Assembly (NCBI GenBank): GCA_032654565.1
Contig: JAULAX010000017.1
Coordinates: 576,001 to 640,000 of the forward strand
DNA length: 64,000 nt
Source of the DNA: Anaeromyxobacteraceae bacterium
GTDB lineage: Bacteria; Myxococcota; Myxococcia; Myxococcales; Anaeromyxobacteraceae
Direction of reading: 5' to 3'
Shown: positions 18,691 to 28,964 of the stretch, piece after piece
Numbering within the stretch: position 1 is the stretch's first letter
How the letters are laid out: every line of letters starts with the position of its first letter
Notes under the pieces: generated by a model
What the model saw: only the letters and a program-made list of their open reading frames with translations
Database searches by the model: none
Told to the model about the DNA's origin: nothing
Made by a program: the position numbers and the translations under genes

Positions 18691-19838
18691 CCCGCCCCAC
18701 CCGCCTCCTCCCGCTGGCGCTCCTGCTCGCAGCCGCCCTCCCCGCCTGCCGGGGCGGCGACGACGCCAGGCGCGCCGTCAAGCCAGTCCAGGTCCGCGTG
18801 GCCACCGCCGTGGAGAAGTCCATGCCGGTCGAGGTGCGGGCCGTGGGCCGGGTGGTGTCGTCGCACTCGGTGGTGGTCCGGCCGCAGGTGACCGGCCAGC
18901 TCATGGCCGCCCGCTTCACCGAGGGGCAGGTGGTCCGCGCCGGCGACCTGCTCCTCGAGCTCGACCGCCGCCCGTTCGAGGCGGCGCTGGCCGAGGCCCG
19001 GGCCAACCTGGCCCGCGACCAGGCCCGCGCCGTGAGCGCCCGCGCCGACGCCACCCGCTACGAGGGGCTGGCCGCCAAGGAGTACGTGACCCGCCAGCAG
19101 GCCGAGGGGGCCCGGGCCAACGCCGGCGCCCTCGACGCCACGCTGGAGGCCGACCGGGCCGCCATCGAGCGGGCCGAGCTCAACCTGGCCTACTGCTCGA
19201 TCCGGGCCCCCATCACCGGCCGGACCGGCCGGCTGCTGGTCCACCCCGGCAACCTGGTCACCGCCGGCAGCCAGGACCTGCTCACCATCGAGCAGCAGCG
19301 GCCGCTGCTGGCCAGCTTCACGCTGCCGGAGCGCCACCTGGCCGCGCTGCGCGCCGCCGGCCCGGGCGCGCTGGTGCTGGTGGAGCCGGCCAGCGGCGGG
19401 CCCGCCTCCCAGGGCGCCGTCGAGTTCATCGACAACGCCGTCGACCAGGCCACCGGCACGGTGCTGGTCAAGGCCACCCTGCCAAACCGGGACGACGCGC
19501 TCTGGCCGGGCCAGGCGGTCGAGGTCCGGGTCCGGCTGGCCGACCGGCCGCGCGCGGTGGTGGTGCCGTCGGCGGCGGTGGCCCAGGGGCAGCAGGGCGA
19601 CTACGCCTGGGCGGTGAAGGACGGCGTCGTCGAGGTCCGCCAGGTGGTGGTGGAGGAGGCCGGCGAGCGCGAGGTGGTGGTGCGCCAGGGGCTGGCCGCC
19701 GGCGACGTGGTGGTGGTCGAGGGGCAGATGAAGCTGGTGCCGGGGGCGCGCGTCGCGCCCATCGCCGCCACCCCGCCCTCCTCGCCGCCGGCGGCTCCGT
19801 CGGTCCCGGCGGTCCCGGCGACGCCGGTGAAGCCGTGA
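18687..19838 (+). CDS. RND efflux periplasmic adaptor (MFP)
   Basis: MTRPTRLLPL..LPAC lipobox; VRPQVTG, IRAPITGRTG, IDNAVDQATGT. Confidence 0.92.
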   Translation: MTRPTRLLPLALLLAAALPACRGGDDARRAVKPVQVRVATAVEKSMPVEVRAVGRVVSSHSVVVRPQVTGQLMAARFTEGQVVRAGDLLLELDRRPFEAALAEARANLARDQARAVSARADATRYEGLAAKEYVTRQQAEGARANAGALDATLEADRAAIERAELNLAYCSIRAPITGRTGRLLVHPGNLVTAGSQDLLTIEQQRPLLASFTLPERHLAALRAAGPGALVLVEPASGGPASQGAVEFIDNAVDQATGTVLVKATLPNRDDALWPGQAVEVRVRLADRPRAVVVPSAAVAQGQQGDYAWAVKDGVVEVRQVVVEEAGEREVVVRQGLAAGDVVVVEGQMKLVPGARVAPIAATPPSSPPAAPSVPAVPATPVKP

Positions 19839-22800
19839 ACCTCTCCGAACCCTTCATCCGGCGGCCGGTCGCCACCGCGCTGCTCACCGGCTCGCTGATC
19901 GTCTTCGGCGTGGTGGCCTACCGCGAGCTGCCGGTCTCCGACCTGCCAGCGGTCGACTACCCGACCATCCAGGTCTCGGCCTCGCTCCCCGGCGCCAGCC
20001 CGGAGACCATGGCCACCACGGTGGCGGCGCCCCTGGAGCGCCAGTTCTCCGCCATCGCCGGCCTGACCGCCATGAACTCCACGTCCGGGCAGGGGTCGAC
20101 CTCGGTCACCCTGGAGTTCGACCTGGCCCGCAACCTCGACGGCGCCGCGCTCGACGTCCAGTCGGCCATCTCGGCGGCGGGCGGCCAGCTGCCGCCCAAC
20201 CTCCCGGCGGCCCCGACCTACCGCAAGGTCAACCCCGCCGACGAGCCCATCATCTACCTGGCCATCACCTCCCCGACCCTGCCGCTCTCCACGCTCAACC
20301 GCTACGGCCAGGACATCGTGGCCCAGCGGCTGGCCACCATCCCCGGGGTGGCGCAGGTGCAGGTCTTCGGCTCGCAGAAGTACGCGGTCCGGATCCAGGT
20401 CGATCCCCGGGCGCTCTCCTCCCGCGGCATCGGCCTCGACGAGCTGGCCCAGGCCATCCGCGGCCAGAACTCCAACCTGCCCACCGGGGTGGTGCAGGGG
20501 AGCGCGCGCTCCTACACCGTCGAGGCCAGCGGCGGCCTGGAGCGGGCCACCGAGTTCGGCAGCGCCGTGGTGGCCTACCGCAACGGCGCCCCGGTGCGCC
20601 TCGCCGACCTGGGCCGGGTCCGCGACGGCGTCGAGAACGAGAACACCGCCGCCTGGTTCTACCGCGACGGCCAGGAGCGCCGGGCCATCGTGCTGGCGGT
20701 GATGCGCCAGCCCGGCACCAACACCGTGGCCGTGGCCCAGGCCGTCAATGACATGCTGCCGGTGGTCGAGGCCCAGCTCCCCGCCGCCGCCCGGCTCTTC
20801 GTGCTCTACGACCGCGCCATCTCCATCCGCGAGTCGGTGGCCGACGTGAAGTTCACGCTCTGGCTCACCCTGGGGCTGGTGGTGCTGGTCATCTTCGTCT
20901 TCCTGCGCAACCTGCCGGCCACGGTGATCCCGTCGCTGGCGCTGCCGGTCTCGCTGCTCGGCACCTTCGCGCTGATGTGGTGGGCCGGCTACAGCCTCGA
21001 CAACCTCTCGCTGATGGCGCTGACCCTGGCGGTCGGCTTCGTGGTCGACGACGCCATCGTCATGCTGGAGAACGTGGTCCGCCACATGGAGATGGGCAAG
21101 CCGCCCATGCAGGCGGCCCTGGAGGGCTCCCGCGAGGTGGCCTTCACCATCGTCTCCATGACCATCTCGCTGGCGGCGGTCTTCCTCCCCATCCTCTTCA
21201 TGCCCGGGCTGGTGGGCCGGCTCTTCCACGAGTTCGCCGTCACCATCGGCTCGGCCATCCTGGTCTCCGGCGTGGTCTCGCTGACGCTGACGCCGATGCT
21301 CTGCGCCCGCTTCCTGCGCCACGCCCCGCACGCCCAGCGCCACGGCGCCCTCTACCAGTGGACCGAGCGGGGCTTCGAGGCCATCCTCCGCGCCTACGAG
21401 CGCGGCCTGCGCTGGTCGCTCGACCACCCGCGCCTGGTGATGGGCTTCTCCGGCCTGGTGCTGGTCTCCATGGTGCCGCTCTGGATGGCGGTGCCCAAGG
21501 GCTTCCTCCCCACCGACGACACCGGCCGGGTGCGGGTCTCCACCGAGGGGCCGGAGGGGACCAGCTTCGACGCCATGGCCCGGGCCCAGCGGGCTGCCGC
21601 GGCCCAGGTGGCCAGCCAGCCCGAGGTGGAGCAGTTCATGTCCTCGGTGGGCTCGCGCGGCGGCGTCGGCGTCACCCAGGGGAACATGTTCCTCAAGCTC
21701 AAGGACCACCGCCAGCGGCGCCACGTCGACTTCGTGGTCGCCGACCTGCGGGCGCTGATGGCCGGGGTGCCGGGGCTGCGGGTCATCCCCTCGGTGCCGC
21801 CCCCCATCTCGCTGGGCGGCGGCGGCGGCGGGCGCGCCCAGTACACGGTGACGCTGCAGGACGCCGACGTGGCCGGCCTCTACCAGGCGGCGCCGGTCTT
21901 CGAGAAGGCGCTGCGGGCCCTCCCCGAGCTGCAGGACGTCACCAGCGACCTGCGCCTCACCAGCCCGCGGCTCAAGGTGGAGATCGACCGGGATCGGGCG
22001 GCGCTGCTGGGCGTGCCGGCCCAGGCGGTGGAGGAGGCGCTCTACTCCGCCTACGGCTCCCGCCAGGTCTCCACCATCATGGCGCCGGAGGACCAGTACC
22101 AGGTGATCCTGGAGCTGCTCCCCGAGCTGCGCACCGATCCCCAGGCGCTCTCCTGGCTCCACCTGCGCGGCCCGGGCGGCAAGCTGGTCCCGCTCGAGTC
22201 CCTGGCCCGGGTGGAGCGGTCGGTGGGGCCGCTCATCGTCAGCCACGCCGGCCAGCTGCCGGCCGTCAACGTCTCCTTCAACCTCAGGCCGGGGCGGGCC
22301 ATCGGCGACGCGGTCGCCGCCATCGAGAAGACCGCCGCCGCCACCCTCCCGCCCACCGTCACCTCCCGCTTCCAGGGGGCCGCCCAGGCCTTCCGCGACT
22401 CGCTCACCGGCCTCGGGCTGCTGCTGGCGGTCTCCATCCTGGTCATCTACGTGGTGCTGGGGGTGCTCTACGAGAGCTTCGCCCACCCGGTCACCATCCT
22501 CACCGCCCTGCCCTTCGCCGGCTTCGGGGCGCTGGTGACCCTCTGGATCTTCCGCTCCGAGCTCTCGGTCTACGCCTTCGTCGGCATCGTCATGCTGGTC
22601 GGCCTGGTGAAGAAGAACGGCATCATGATGGTCGACTTCGCGCTCGAGGCGCAGCGGGCCGGCAAGTCGGCCCGCGAGGCCATCCACGAGGCCTCGGTGA
22701 CCCGCTTCCGCCCCATCATGATGACCACCATGGCGGCGCTCTTCGGGACCCTGCCGCTGGCCATCGGGATCGGGGCCGGGGCCGACGGGCGCCGGCCGCT

Positions 22801-22921
22801 CGGCCTGGCGGTGGTGGGTGGCCTGGTCTTCTCCCAGTTCCTCACGCTCTACGTGACGCCGGTCTTCTATGTCTTCATCGACCGGTGGCGCCCCACCGCC
22901 AAGCCACCCGGCCGGGCCTAG
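19835..22921 (+). CDS. RND efflux permease (MdtB/MdtC-like)
   Basis: FIRRPVAT, GFVVDDAIVMLEN, GLVKKNGIMMVDFA, RFRPIMMTT. Confidence 0.95.
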   Translation: MNLSEPFIRRPVATALLTGSLIVFGVVAYRELPVSDLPAVDYPTIQVSASLPGASPETMATTVAAPLERQFSAIAGLTAMNSTSGQGSTSVTLEFDLARNLDGAALDVQSAISAAGGQLPPNLPAAPTYRKVNPADEPIIYLAITSPTLPLSTLNRYGQDIVAQRLATIPGVAQVQVFGSQKYAVRIQVDPRALSSRGIGLDELAQAIRGQNSNLPTGVVQGSARSYTVEASGGLERATEFGSAVVAYRNGAPVRLADLGRVRDGVENENTAAWFYRDGQERRAIVLAVMRQPGTNTVAVAQAVNDMLPVVEAQLPAAARLFVLYDRAISIRESVADVKFTLWLTLGLVVLVIFVFLRNLPATVIPSLALPVSLLGTFALMWWAGYSLDNLSLMALTLAVGFVVDDAIVMLENVVRHMEMGKPPMQAALEGSREVAFTIVSMTISLAAVFLPILFMPGLVGRLFHEFAVTIGSAILVSGVVSLTLTPMLCARFLRHAPHAQRHGALYQWTERGFEAILRAYERGLRWSLDHPRLVMGFSGLVLVSMVPLWMAVPKGFLPTDDTGRVRVSTEGPEGTSFDAMARAQRAAAAQVASQPEVEQFMSSVGSRGGVGVTQGNMFLKLKDHRQRRHVDFVVADLRALMAGVPGLRVIPSVPPPISLGGGGGGRAQYTVTLQDADVAGLYQAAPVFEKALRALPELQDVTSDLRLTSPRLKVEIDRDRAALLGVPAQAVEEALYSAYGSRQVSTIMAPEDQYQVILELLPELRTDPQALSWLHLRGPGGKLVPLESLARVERSVGPLIVSHAGQLPAVNVSFNLRPGRAIGDAVAAIEKTAAATLPPTVTSRFQGAAQAFRDSLTGLGLLLAVSILVIYVVLGVLYESFAHPVTILTALPFAGFGALVTLWIFRSELSVYAFVGIVMLVGLVKKNGIMMVDFALEAQRAGKSAREAIHEASVTRFRPIMMTTMAALFGTLPLAIGIGAGADGRRPLGLAVVGGLVFSQFLTLYVTPVFYVFIDRWRPTAKPPGRA

Positions 22922-22934
22922 GCTGTACAAACCA

Positions 22935-22963
22935 TTGACGCTGGCAGGACGCGGGACTAGATC
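22935..22963 (+). promoter_or_regulatory. Possible sigma-70 promoter of the exbB operon
   Basis: TTGACG-17 nt-TAGATC upstream of ATG 23021. Confidence 0.35.
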
Positions 22964-23020
22964 CCCCGGCAAGTTCGTTCCCGACTTCACTGACCCGAAC
23001 CACTTCAAGGGGTTGAACGC

Positions 23021-23683
23021 ATGTTGACGCAGAAGCTCCTCGACCTGACCGCCGGCTTCGGCGCCGACTGGGTCAACTTCGTCCTCGTCGGCGTCTCGGT
23101 CGTCGGCCTCGGCGTCTTCATCGACCGGATCGTCTTCTACGTCCGGACCGCCGAGCGCTTCCCCGGGCTCAAGGCCGGCTTCTCCTCGGCGCTGGCCGCC
23201 GGCGACCTGAAGGCCGCCCTGCGCGCCGTCGAGGGGGACTCGCTCAGCCGCAACGTGGTCCGGGCCGGGCTGGAGCTGGCCGGGCGCGGCGAGCGGCAGC
23301 CGGCCGCCATCGAGCAGGCCATGCTCGGGCAGCTCTCCGAGGAGCGCGGCCGCTACGAGGCCCGGCTCTCGGTGCTGGCCACCATCGGCAACATCGCCCC
23401 GCTCATCGGGCTGCTCGGCACCGTCATCGGCATCGTCGGCGCCTTCTACGTGCTCGGCAAGGTGGGCACGGTGCAGGCCTCCTCCAACTCGCAGGTGATG
23501 GCCTCCATCGGCGAGGCGCTGGTGGTCACCGGCTTCGGCATCACCGTGGCGGTGCCGGCGGTGGTGGCCTACAACAGCCTCAAGTCCCACGTGAACGGGC
23601 GGCTCAAGCAGGCCGAGGCGCTCAGCCGCGAGCTGGTCGCCAACCTGGCGCGGCTGGACACCGACGGCGGGGCGGGGGGTTAG
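23021..23683 (+). CDS. exbB: MotA/TolQ/ExbB proton channel
   Basis: LATIGNIAPLIGLLGTVIGI, GEALVVTGFG. Confidence 0.9.
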   Translation: MLTQKLLDLTAGFGADWVNFVLVGVSVVGLGVFIDRIVFYVRTAERFPGLKAGFSSALAAGDLKAALRAVEGDSLSRNVVRAGLELAGRGERQPAAIEQAMLGQLSEERGRYEARLSVLATIGNIAPLIGLLGTVIGIVGAFYVLGKVGTVQASSNSQVMASIGEALVVTGFGITVAVPAVVAYNSLKSHVNGRLKQAEALSRELVANLARLDTDGGAGG

Positions 23684-23687
23684 CGCC

Positions 23688-24131
23688 GTGGCCGGCGGGA
23701 GCTGGGGCGGCGCCGGGGACGACGAGCTGATCGGCGGGGTCAACGTCACGCCCATCGTCGACGTCTGCCTGACGCTGCTGGTGGTCTTCATCGTCACCGC
23801 CTCGCAGGTGGTCAACCGCTCCATGCCGGTCAACCTGCCCAAGGCGGCCTCGGCGGAGAGCTCGCCGCCGTCGATCGTCAACGTGGCCATCGCCCGCAAC
23901 GGCGACCTCTTCATCAACGGCGCCGCCGCCCGGCTCGAGGACATCCCCCGCGAGGTCGAGGCGGCCCGGGCCCGGGCCACCGCCAGCGGCGTCGAGCCCC
24001 GGCTGGCCGGCTTCGTCTCCGCCGACGTCGACGCCCCGTACGGCAAGTTCGCCGAGGCGGTCGACCGGCTCCGCCTCGCCGGGGTCAGCGACATCGCCCT
24101 CGACACGCAGCCACCCACCACCACGCCGTGA
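23688..24131 (+). CDS. exbD: ExbD/TolR biopolymer transport protein
   Basis: VNVTPIVDVCLTLLVVFIVT, VNLPKA. Confidence 0.9.
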   Translation: MAGGSWGGAGDDELIGGVNVTPIVDVCLTLLVVFIVTASQVVNRSMPVNLPKAASAESSPPSIVNVAIARNGDLFINGAAARLEDIPREVEAARARATASGVEPRLAGFVSADVDAPYGKFAEAVDRLRLAGVSDIALDTQPPTTTP

Positions 24132-24883
24132 CGTCGGTCCGCGCCACCTTCTGGCCGTCGCTGCTGGCCGCCGGGGTCCTCCACGTCGCCGCCGGCGCCT
24201 GGATCGCGGCGCGGACGCCCCCTCGCCTGCAGGCCCGGCGCCCCCCCACCGCGGTCCGCCTCGTCACCCGGGCGCCGCCGCCGGCCGCCGCCAGGCCCCC
24301 CCCGGCGCCGGTCGCGCCGCCGCTGGTCACCGGCACGTCCAGCGCCCTGGCCCCCCGGCCCGACCGCGCCGCCCCACCGGCCACGCCGGCCGCGCCGCCG
24401 CCCCCTGGCACGCCGCCGCCGCAGCCCCGCCGCTTCGCCGTCTCCATGGACGCCGTGGTCAGCTCCGGGTCCGGCGGCATCGCCATGCCCACCACCTCCG
24501 GGGCCACCGCCGCCCGCGGCAACCCCAACGCCCCGGCCAGCGCGCCGGTCGGCGACAACAGCCCCTTCGCCGCCCGCTCGGTCGACGTCACCGACCTGGA
24601 GCAGGCCCCCCGGCTGCTGCGCCAGCCCTCCCGGCTCGACCTGCGCACCCACTACCCCGAGGCGGCCCGCCGCCAGGGGCTCGAGGCCAACGTCAGGGTG
24701 GAGCTGCTGGTGGACGAGACCGGCGCGGTGCGCGAGCTGCGCATCCTCGACGGCGGCGGCCCCGGCTTCGACGACGCGGTCCGCACCCTCTCCCGGCTGA
24801 TGGCCTTCTCCCCGGGCACCCGCGGCGGCCGCGCCGTGGCGGTGCGCTACGCCTGGACCTTCAAGTTCCGCCTCGACGAGTGA
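24128..24883 (+). CDS. tonB: TonB-family energy transducer
   Basis: TM anchor, Pro-rich linker, YPEAARRQGLEANV C-terminal domain. Confidence 0.87.
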   Translation: MTSVRATFWPSLLAAGVLHVAAGAWIAARTPPRLQARRPPTAVRLVTRAPPPAAARPPPAPVAPPLVTGTSSALAPRPDRAAPPATPAAPPPPGTPPPQPRRFAVSMDAVVSSGSGGIAMPTTSGATAARGNPNAPASAPVGDNSPFAARSVDVTDLEQAPRLLRQPSRLDLRTHYPEAARRQGLEANVRVELLVDETGAVRELRILDGGGPGFDDAVRTLSRLMAFSPGTRGGRAVAVRYAWTFKFRLDE

Positions 24884-27465
24884 GCCCCATGCGCCCATCC
24901 CGAACCCTCCGCGCCGCGCTGCCCCTCCTCGCCGCCCTGCTGGCCACCGCCGCGCGGGCCGCGCCGCCGGAGGCCGAGCCGGTGCTGGCCACGCCGCCCG
25001 CCCTGAAGCTGCTGGTGCCGGCCGAGTTCCCCGACGGCGTGGTCTTCCCCGCCCCCGAGGTGACGGTGGGGCTGGCCATCGACGTGGCCGCCACCGGGGT
25101 GGTGGAGGCGGTGCGGGTGGAGGCCGGGGCCGGAGAACCGTTCGACACCGCCGCCGCGGCCGCCGCCCGGAAGTTCCTCTTCGAGCCGGGGCGGCTCACC
25201 ACCGGCGAGCCGGTGCCGGTCACCGTCAGCTTCCTGATGCGCCTGACGCCGCCCCCGCCGCCGCCGGCCCCGGCCCCGCCGCCCCCGCCGGTCCGCCTCA
25301 CCGGCCGCCTGCTGGAGCGCGGCACCCGCAAGCCGCTGGCCAACGTCTCGGTGGCCGCCCGCGCCGGCGCCGACGCCACCCCGACCCGGGCCACCACCGG
25401 CCCCGACGGCCGCTTCTCGCTGGAGGTGGCCGAGCCGGCCTTCACGCTGGTGGCGGTGCCGGCCGGGCACGACCGGCTCGAGGTGGCCATCCAGGCCGCC
25501 CCGGGCGAGGAGCGCGACGAGACCTACTACCTGGAGCGCTCCGGCGACGGCAACGAGACGGTGGTGAGCGCCAGCCCGGTCCGCCGCGAGATCACCCGCC
25601 AGGTGATCCCGGCCGCCGAGGTGGCCATGGTGGCCGGCACCCAGGGCGACACCATCAAGGCGGTGCTCAACCTGCCGGGCGTGGCCCGCACCTCGTTCGG
25701 CGGCGGCGACCTGATCCTGCGCGGCTCGGCCCCCGGCGACAGCCGGGTCTTCCTGGAGGGACAGGAGATCCCGCTGCTCTACCACTTCGGCGGGCTGCGC
25801 AGCACCGTCAACCCCCGCTTCCTCGAGGCGGTGGAGTTCGTGCCCGGCAACTTCTCCCCCGACTACGGCCGCGCCACCGGCGGCATCATCGAGGTCAAGC
25901 TACGCGACCCGGCCTCGGACATGTTCCGCGGCGAGGCGGGCATCAACTTCTACGACGCCAGCGTCGCCATCGAGGGGCCGCTGGGCGGCGGCTGGGCCGG
26001 GGGCTTCGCCTTCCGCCGCTCCTGGATCGACACCATCCTGCCGGCGGTGCTGCCCAAGGACGGCAACTTCTCCTTCGACTCCGCCCCCCGCTACTACGAC
26101 TACCAGTTCCTGGCGACGCGCAAGCTGGGCGGGCAGTCCTTGCGCCTCCTCTACTTCGGGTCGATGGACAAGCTGGTGGTGATCCTCAAGCGCCCCGCCG
26201 CCGACCCCAAGATCACCGGCACCGTCTCGGCCCGCATCATGTTCCACGCCGTCCAGGGCTCGCTCTCCGGCGAGGTGGTCCCCGGGCTCCGCCACGAGAC
26301 CAGCCTGCAGCTCAGCCTCAACCAGTTCCGCACCTCCTTCGGCCCGCTCTTCTACTTCGACCTGGCCGTGCAGCAGGCGGCGCTGCGCAGCGCCTGGACG
26401 CTCGACCTGGCCCGCGGCCTCCAGGCCCGCGTCGGGGTCGACGCCACCGCGGCCGCCGTCCAGATCTCGCTCAACGCCCCGACCCGCCCCAAGGAGGGCG
26501 AGGTGAACACCCCGGTCTCCACCTCGGCGGTGCAGTCGCTGAAGAAGGACGTCGGCCAGCAGGAGCCGGCCTTCTTCGCCGAGCTGCGCTGGGAGCCGGT
26601 CGCCGGGGTCATGGTCCTGCCCGGCGTCCGCGCCGACTGGTCGAGCACCATCTCCCGCTGGTCGGTGGACCCGCGGCTGGGGGCCCGCTGGGAGGTGGTC
26701 CCCGGCACCGTCCTCAAGGCGGGCGTCGGCCTCTTCCACCAGCCCCCCCAGCCCGACGAGAGCGCCCCCGACGTGGGCAACCCCAACCTGAAGCCCATCG
26801 CCGCGGTCCACACCTCGGCCGGCGTCGAGCAGAAGCTGGGCGACATCTTCGAGGGGGAGCTGACCGGCTACTCCAAGCGGCTCACCGGCCTGGTGGTCCG
26901 CGACCCGGCCTCCAGCTACGACCCGGCCCTGCCCCCCTACGTGAACGAGGGGACCGGCCGGGTCTACGGGCTGGAGGCGACGCTCAAGGCCCGCGCCGGC
27001 GAGACCTTCTTCGGCTCGGTGGCCTACACCGCCCAGCGCGCCTTCCGCAGCGACGGCTTCGGCAAGGCCGAGCGCCGCTTCGACTACGACCAGCCGCACC
27101 TGCTCACCGTGCTGGGGACCTGGAAGTTCGCCCGCAGCTGGAGCCTGGGCGGGCGCTTCCGCTACGTCTCCGGCAACCCCAGCACCCCGGTGACCGGCTC
27201 GGTGCTCGACGCCAGCAGCGGCACCTACGTGCCGACCTACGGCGCCATCAACGCCGACCGGCTCCCCGCCTTCAGCCAGCTCGACGTGCGGCTCGACAAG
27301 AACTGGACCTACCAGACCTGGAAGCTGGGGCTCTACCTCGACGTCCAGAACGTCACCAACCGGGGCAACGTCGAGGGCTACAGGTTCAACTACGACTACC
27401 GGCAGCGCGCCCCCGCCACCGGCCTCCCCATCCTGCCCATCCTCGGCCTCAACGCGGAGTGGTGA
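24880..27465 (+). CDS. TonB-dependent receptor with N-terminal TonB-C-like domain
   Basis: Plug motif LNLPGVA...LILRGS; C-terminal LDVRLDK, YLDVQNVTN, terminal W. Confidence 0.9.
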   Translation: MSPMRPSRTLRAALPLLAALLATAARAAPPEAEPVLATPPALKLLVPAEFPDGVVFPAPEVTVGLAIDVAATGVVEAVRVEAGAGEPFDTAAAAAARKFLFEPGRLTTGEPVPVTVSFLMRLTPPPPPPAPAPPPPPVRLTGRLLERGTRKPLANVSVAARAGADATPTRATTGPDGRFSLEVAEPAFTLVAVPAGHDRLEVAIQAAPGEERDETYYLERSGDGNETVVSASPVRREITRQVIPAAEVAMVAGTQGDTIKAVLNLPGVARTSFGGGDLILRGSAPGDSRVFLEGQEIPLLYHFGGLRSTVNPRFLEAVEFVPGNFSPDYGRATGGIIEVKLRDPASDMFRGEAGINFYDASVAIEGPLGGGWAGGFAFRRSWIDTILPAVLPKDGNFSFDSAPRYYDYQFLATRKLGGQSLRLLYFGSMDKLVVILKRPAADPKITGTVSARIMFHAVQGSLSGEVVPGLRHETSLQLSLNQFRTSFGPLFYFDLAVQQAALRSAWTLDLARGLQARVGVDATAAAVQISLNAPTRPKEGEVNTPVSTSAVQSLKKDVGQQEPAFFAELRWEPVAGVMVLPGVRADWSSTISRWSVDPRLGARWEVVPGTVLKAGVGLFHQPPQPDESAPDVGNPNLKPIAAVHTSAGVEQKLGDIFEGELTGYSKRLTGLVVRDPASSYDPALPPYVNEGTGRVYGLEATLKARAGETFFGSVAYTAQRAFRSDGFGKAERRFDYDQPHLLTVLGTWKFARSWSLGGRFRYVSGNPSTPVTGSVLDASSGTYVPTYGAINADRLPAFSQLDVRLDKNWTYQTWKLGLYLDVQNVTNRGNVEGYRFNYDYRQRAPATGLPILPILGLNAEW

Positions 27466-27467
27466 CC

Positions 27468-28385
27468 ATGCGCTCCTCCAGACTCCCGCCCGTTCCCCTC
27501 GCCGCCCTGGCCCCGCTGGCGGCGCTGCTGCTGGCCGGCTGCGCCCCGGACTTCACCCCGCGCTCGGTGGTCGAGGACCTGCGGGTGCTGGCCATCGTCG
27601 CCGACCCGCCCGACGTGCTGCTCCCGGCCAGCCCCACCGGGCCCACCGAGACGCTGACGCTGCGGGCCACCGCGGTGGCCCCCCCGGCGACGGCGGGCGC
27701 CCCGCCGGTGACGCCGGCCCCGGCCGACGTCCGCTGGTCCTTCTGCCCCTTCTCCATCGGCGCCTCCTCCGGCTACGCCTGCGCGGTGCCGGCCTGCGAG
27801 ACGCCGCTGGTCCCCGAGCCCGACGGCAGCGTCCGCGTCGACCCGGTGCGGCTGGGGATCAACTGCCTGGCCGCGCTGCCCGGCGGCGCCCTCCCCGGCG
27901 CCCCGTCCGGCTCCGGCCTCCCCGCCGGGTTCGAGGTGCTGGTCCGCTACGTCGCCACCGTCGGCCCGGTCCGGCGCGAGGCGGTGCAGCGGATCCCGGT
28001 GAAGGCCGCCGACGCCACGGCGCGCAACCTCAACCCCATCCTCGCCGACCCCACCTTCACGGGCTGCACCGCCACCGCCGGCAGCTGCCCGCTCTCCGAC
28101 GTGGCCATCGCCGCGGAGGTCGACCCCGGCTCGTTCCAGACCTTCCCGACGGGGCCGGCGGGGCGGACCAGCGAGGAGACCATCGTGGTCTCCTTCTTCA
28201 CCACCGCCGGACGCTTCAAGTACGAGACCGGCCAGGCCACCAGCGGGTCGCCGCGGACCGACACCGTGCTGGAGGCCAGGGAGCTGAACGGCGCCCGCCA
28301 GGCGCTGGTCTGGGTGGTGGCGCGCGACCTGCGCGGCGGCGAGGCCGTCAGGGGCCCGTTCACGGTGGTCTTCTCGAGGCCGTAG
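27468..28385 (+). CDS. Cys-containing lipoprotein associated with the TonB receptor
   Basis: LAGC lipobox; DLRVLAIVADPP and WVVARDLRGG motifs. Confidence 0.8.
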   Translation: MRSSRLPPVPLAALAPLAALLLAGCAPDFTPRSVVEDLRVLAIVADPPDVLLPASPTGPTETLTLRATAVAPPATAGAPPVTPAPADVRWSFCPFSIGASSGYACAVPACETPLVPEPDGSVRVDPVRLGINCLAALPGGALPGAPSGSGLPAGFEVLVRYVATVGPVRREAVQRIPVKAADATARNLNPILADPTFTGCTATAGSCPLSDVAIAAEVDPGSFQTFPTGPAGRTSEETIVVSFFTTAGRFKYETGQATSGSPRTDTVLEARELNGARQALVWVVARDLRGGEAVRGPFTVVFSRP

Positions 28386-28437
28386 GCATCCAGCTCCGGA
28401 TGCGACCTGAGGGCGTTTGAGCGGGTGATTCGCCCGT

Positions 28438-28737
28438 CTACAGCTTCGGGCCGCTGCCGCGAGGCGCGCCCCACACAGCGAGAATCATGACCTACTCGTT
28501 CTTCTCCTCCACCTCGTAGTAGAGGTGGTTCTGCGTCCGGGGAAGCAGCAGTCTGCGCACGAGCACGCCGCGCCGTTCGGTGAACGGCGTCCCCACGTCA
28601 GGCGTCGTGGAGTTGAGCGCCCGAGCTTCGGCCATCTCGCGGGAGAAGAGGTCCCGCGCGGCGGGCCGGTTCTCCCGCCACCATCGGTCGATGGCGTCCG
28701 CCTGCTGACGGGCCGGCCCGACGAGGCGAATCTTCAC
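28438..28737 (-). pseudogene. parE: ParE/RelE-family toxin interrupted by an in-frame TAG (28492-28494)
   Basis: 81-aa ORF ending HLYYEVEEKNE*, continuing in frame as VMILAVWGAPRGSGPKL* to 28438. Confidence 0.78.
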
Positions 28738-28964
28738 GGCCGGGCCAGGAGTCCTTTGATGAACTCGTCGGCGTCGACATGGTCGCCGGAGCGGGCTGCG
28801 GCGATGCCGGCATCGAGCGCCGCGTCAAGCCTCGCCCGCTCACCAGGGTCGAAATCCTCCTGGGATTCCACGAGCGTCAGCTCGACCTCGGTCCCCTCGG
28901 GGAGTTCGGTCGGCTCATCGAGCACCAGCCGCCCGCCCCTGACCTGAGCCTTGAGTGCCTTCAT
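28734..28964 (-). CDS. Antitoxin of the ParE-like toxin
   Basis: 76 aa, acidic, LDEPTELPEGTEVEL; GTGA overlap with the toxin. Confidence 0.8.
   Translation of the reverse strand: MKALKAQVRGGRLVLDEPTELPEGTEVELTLVESQEDFDPGERARLDAALDAGIAAARSGDHVDADEFIKGLLARP

Noticed and set aside
28492..28494. Pyrrolysine recoding of the parE amber codon
   Set aside because: No pyl genes in the window, and TAG is used as a normal stop by many genes here.
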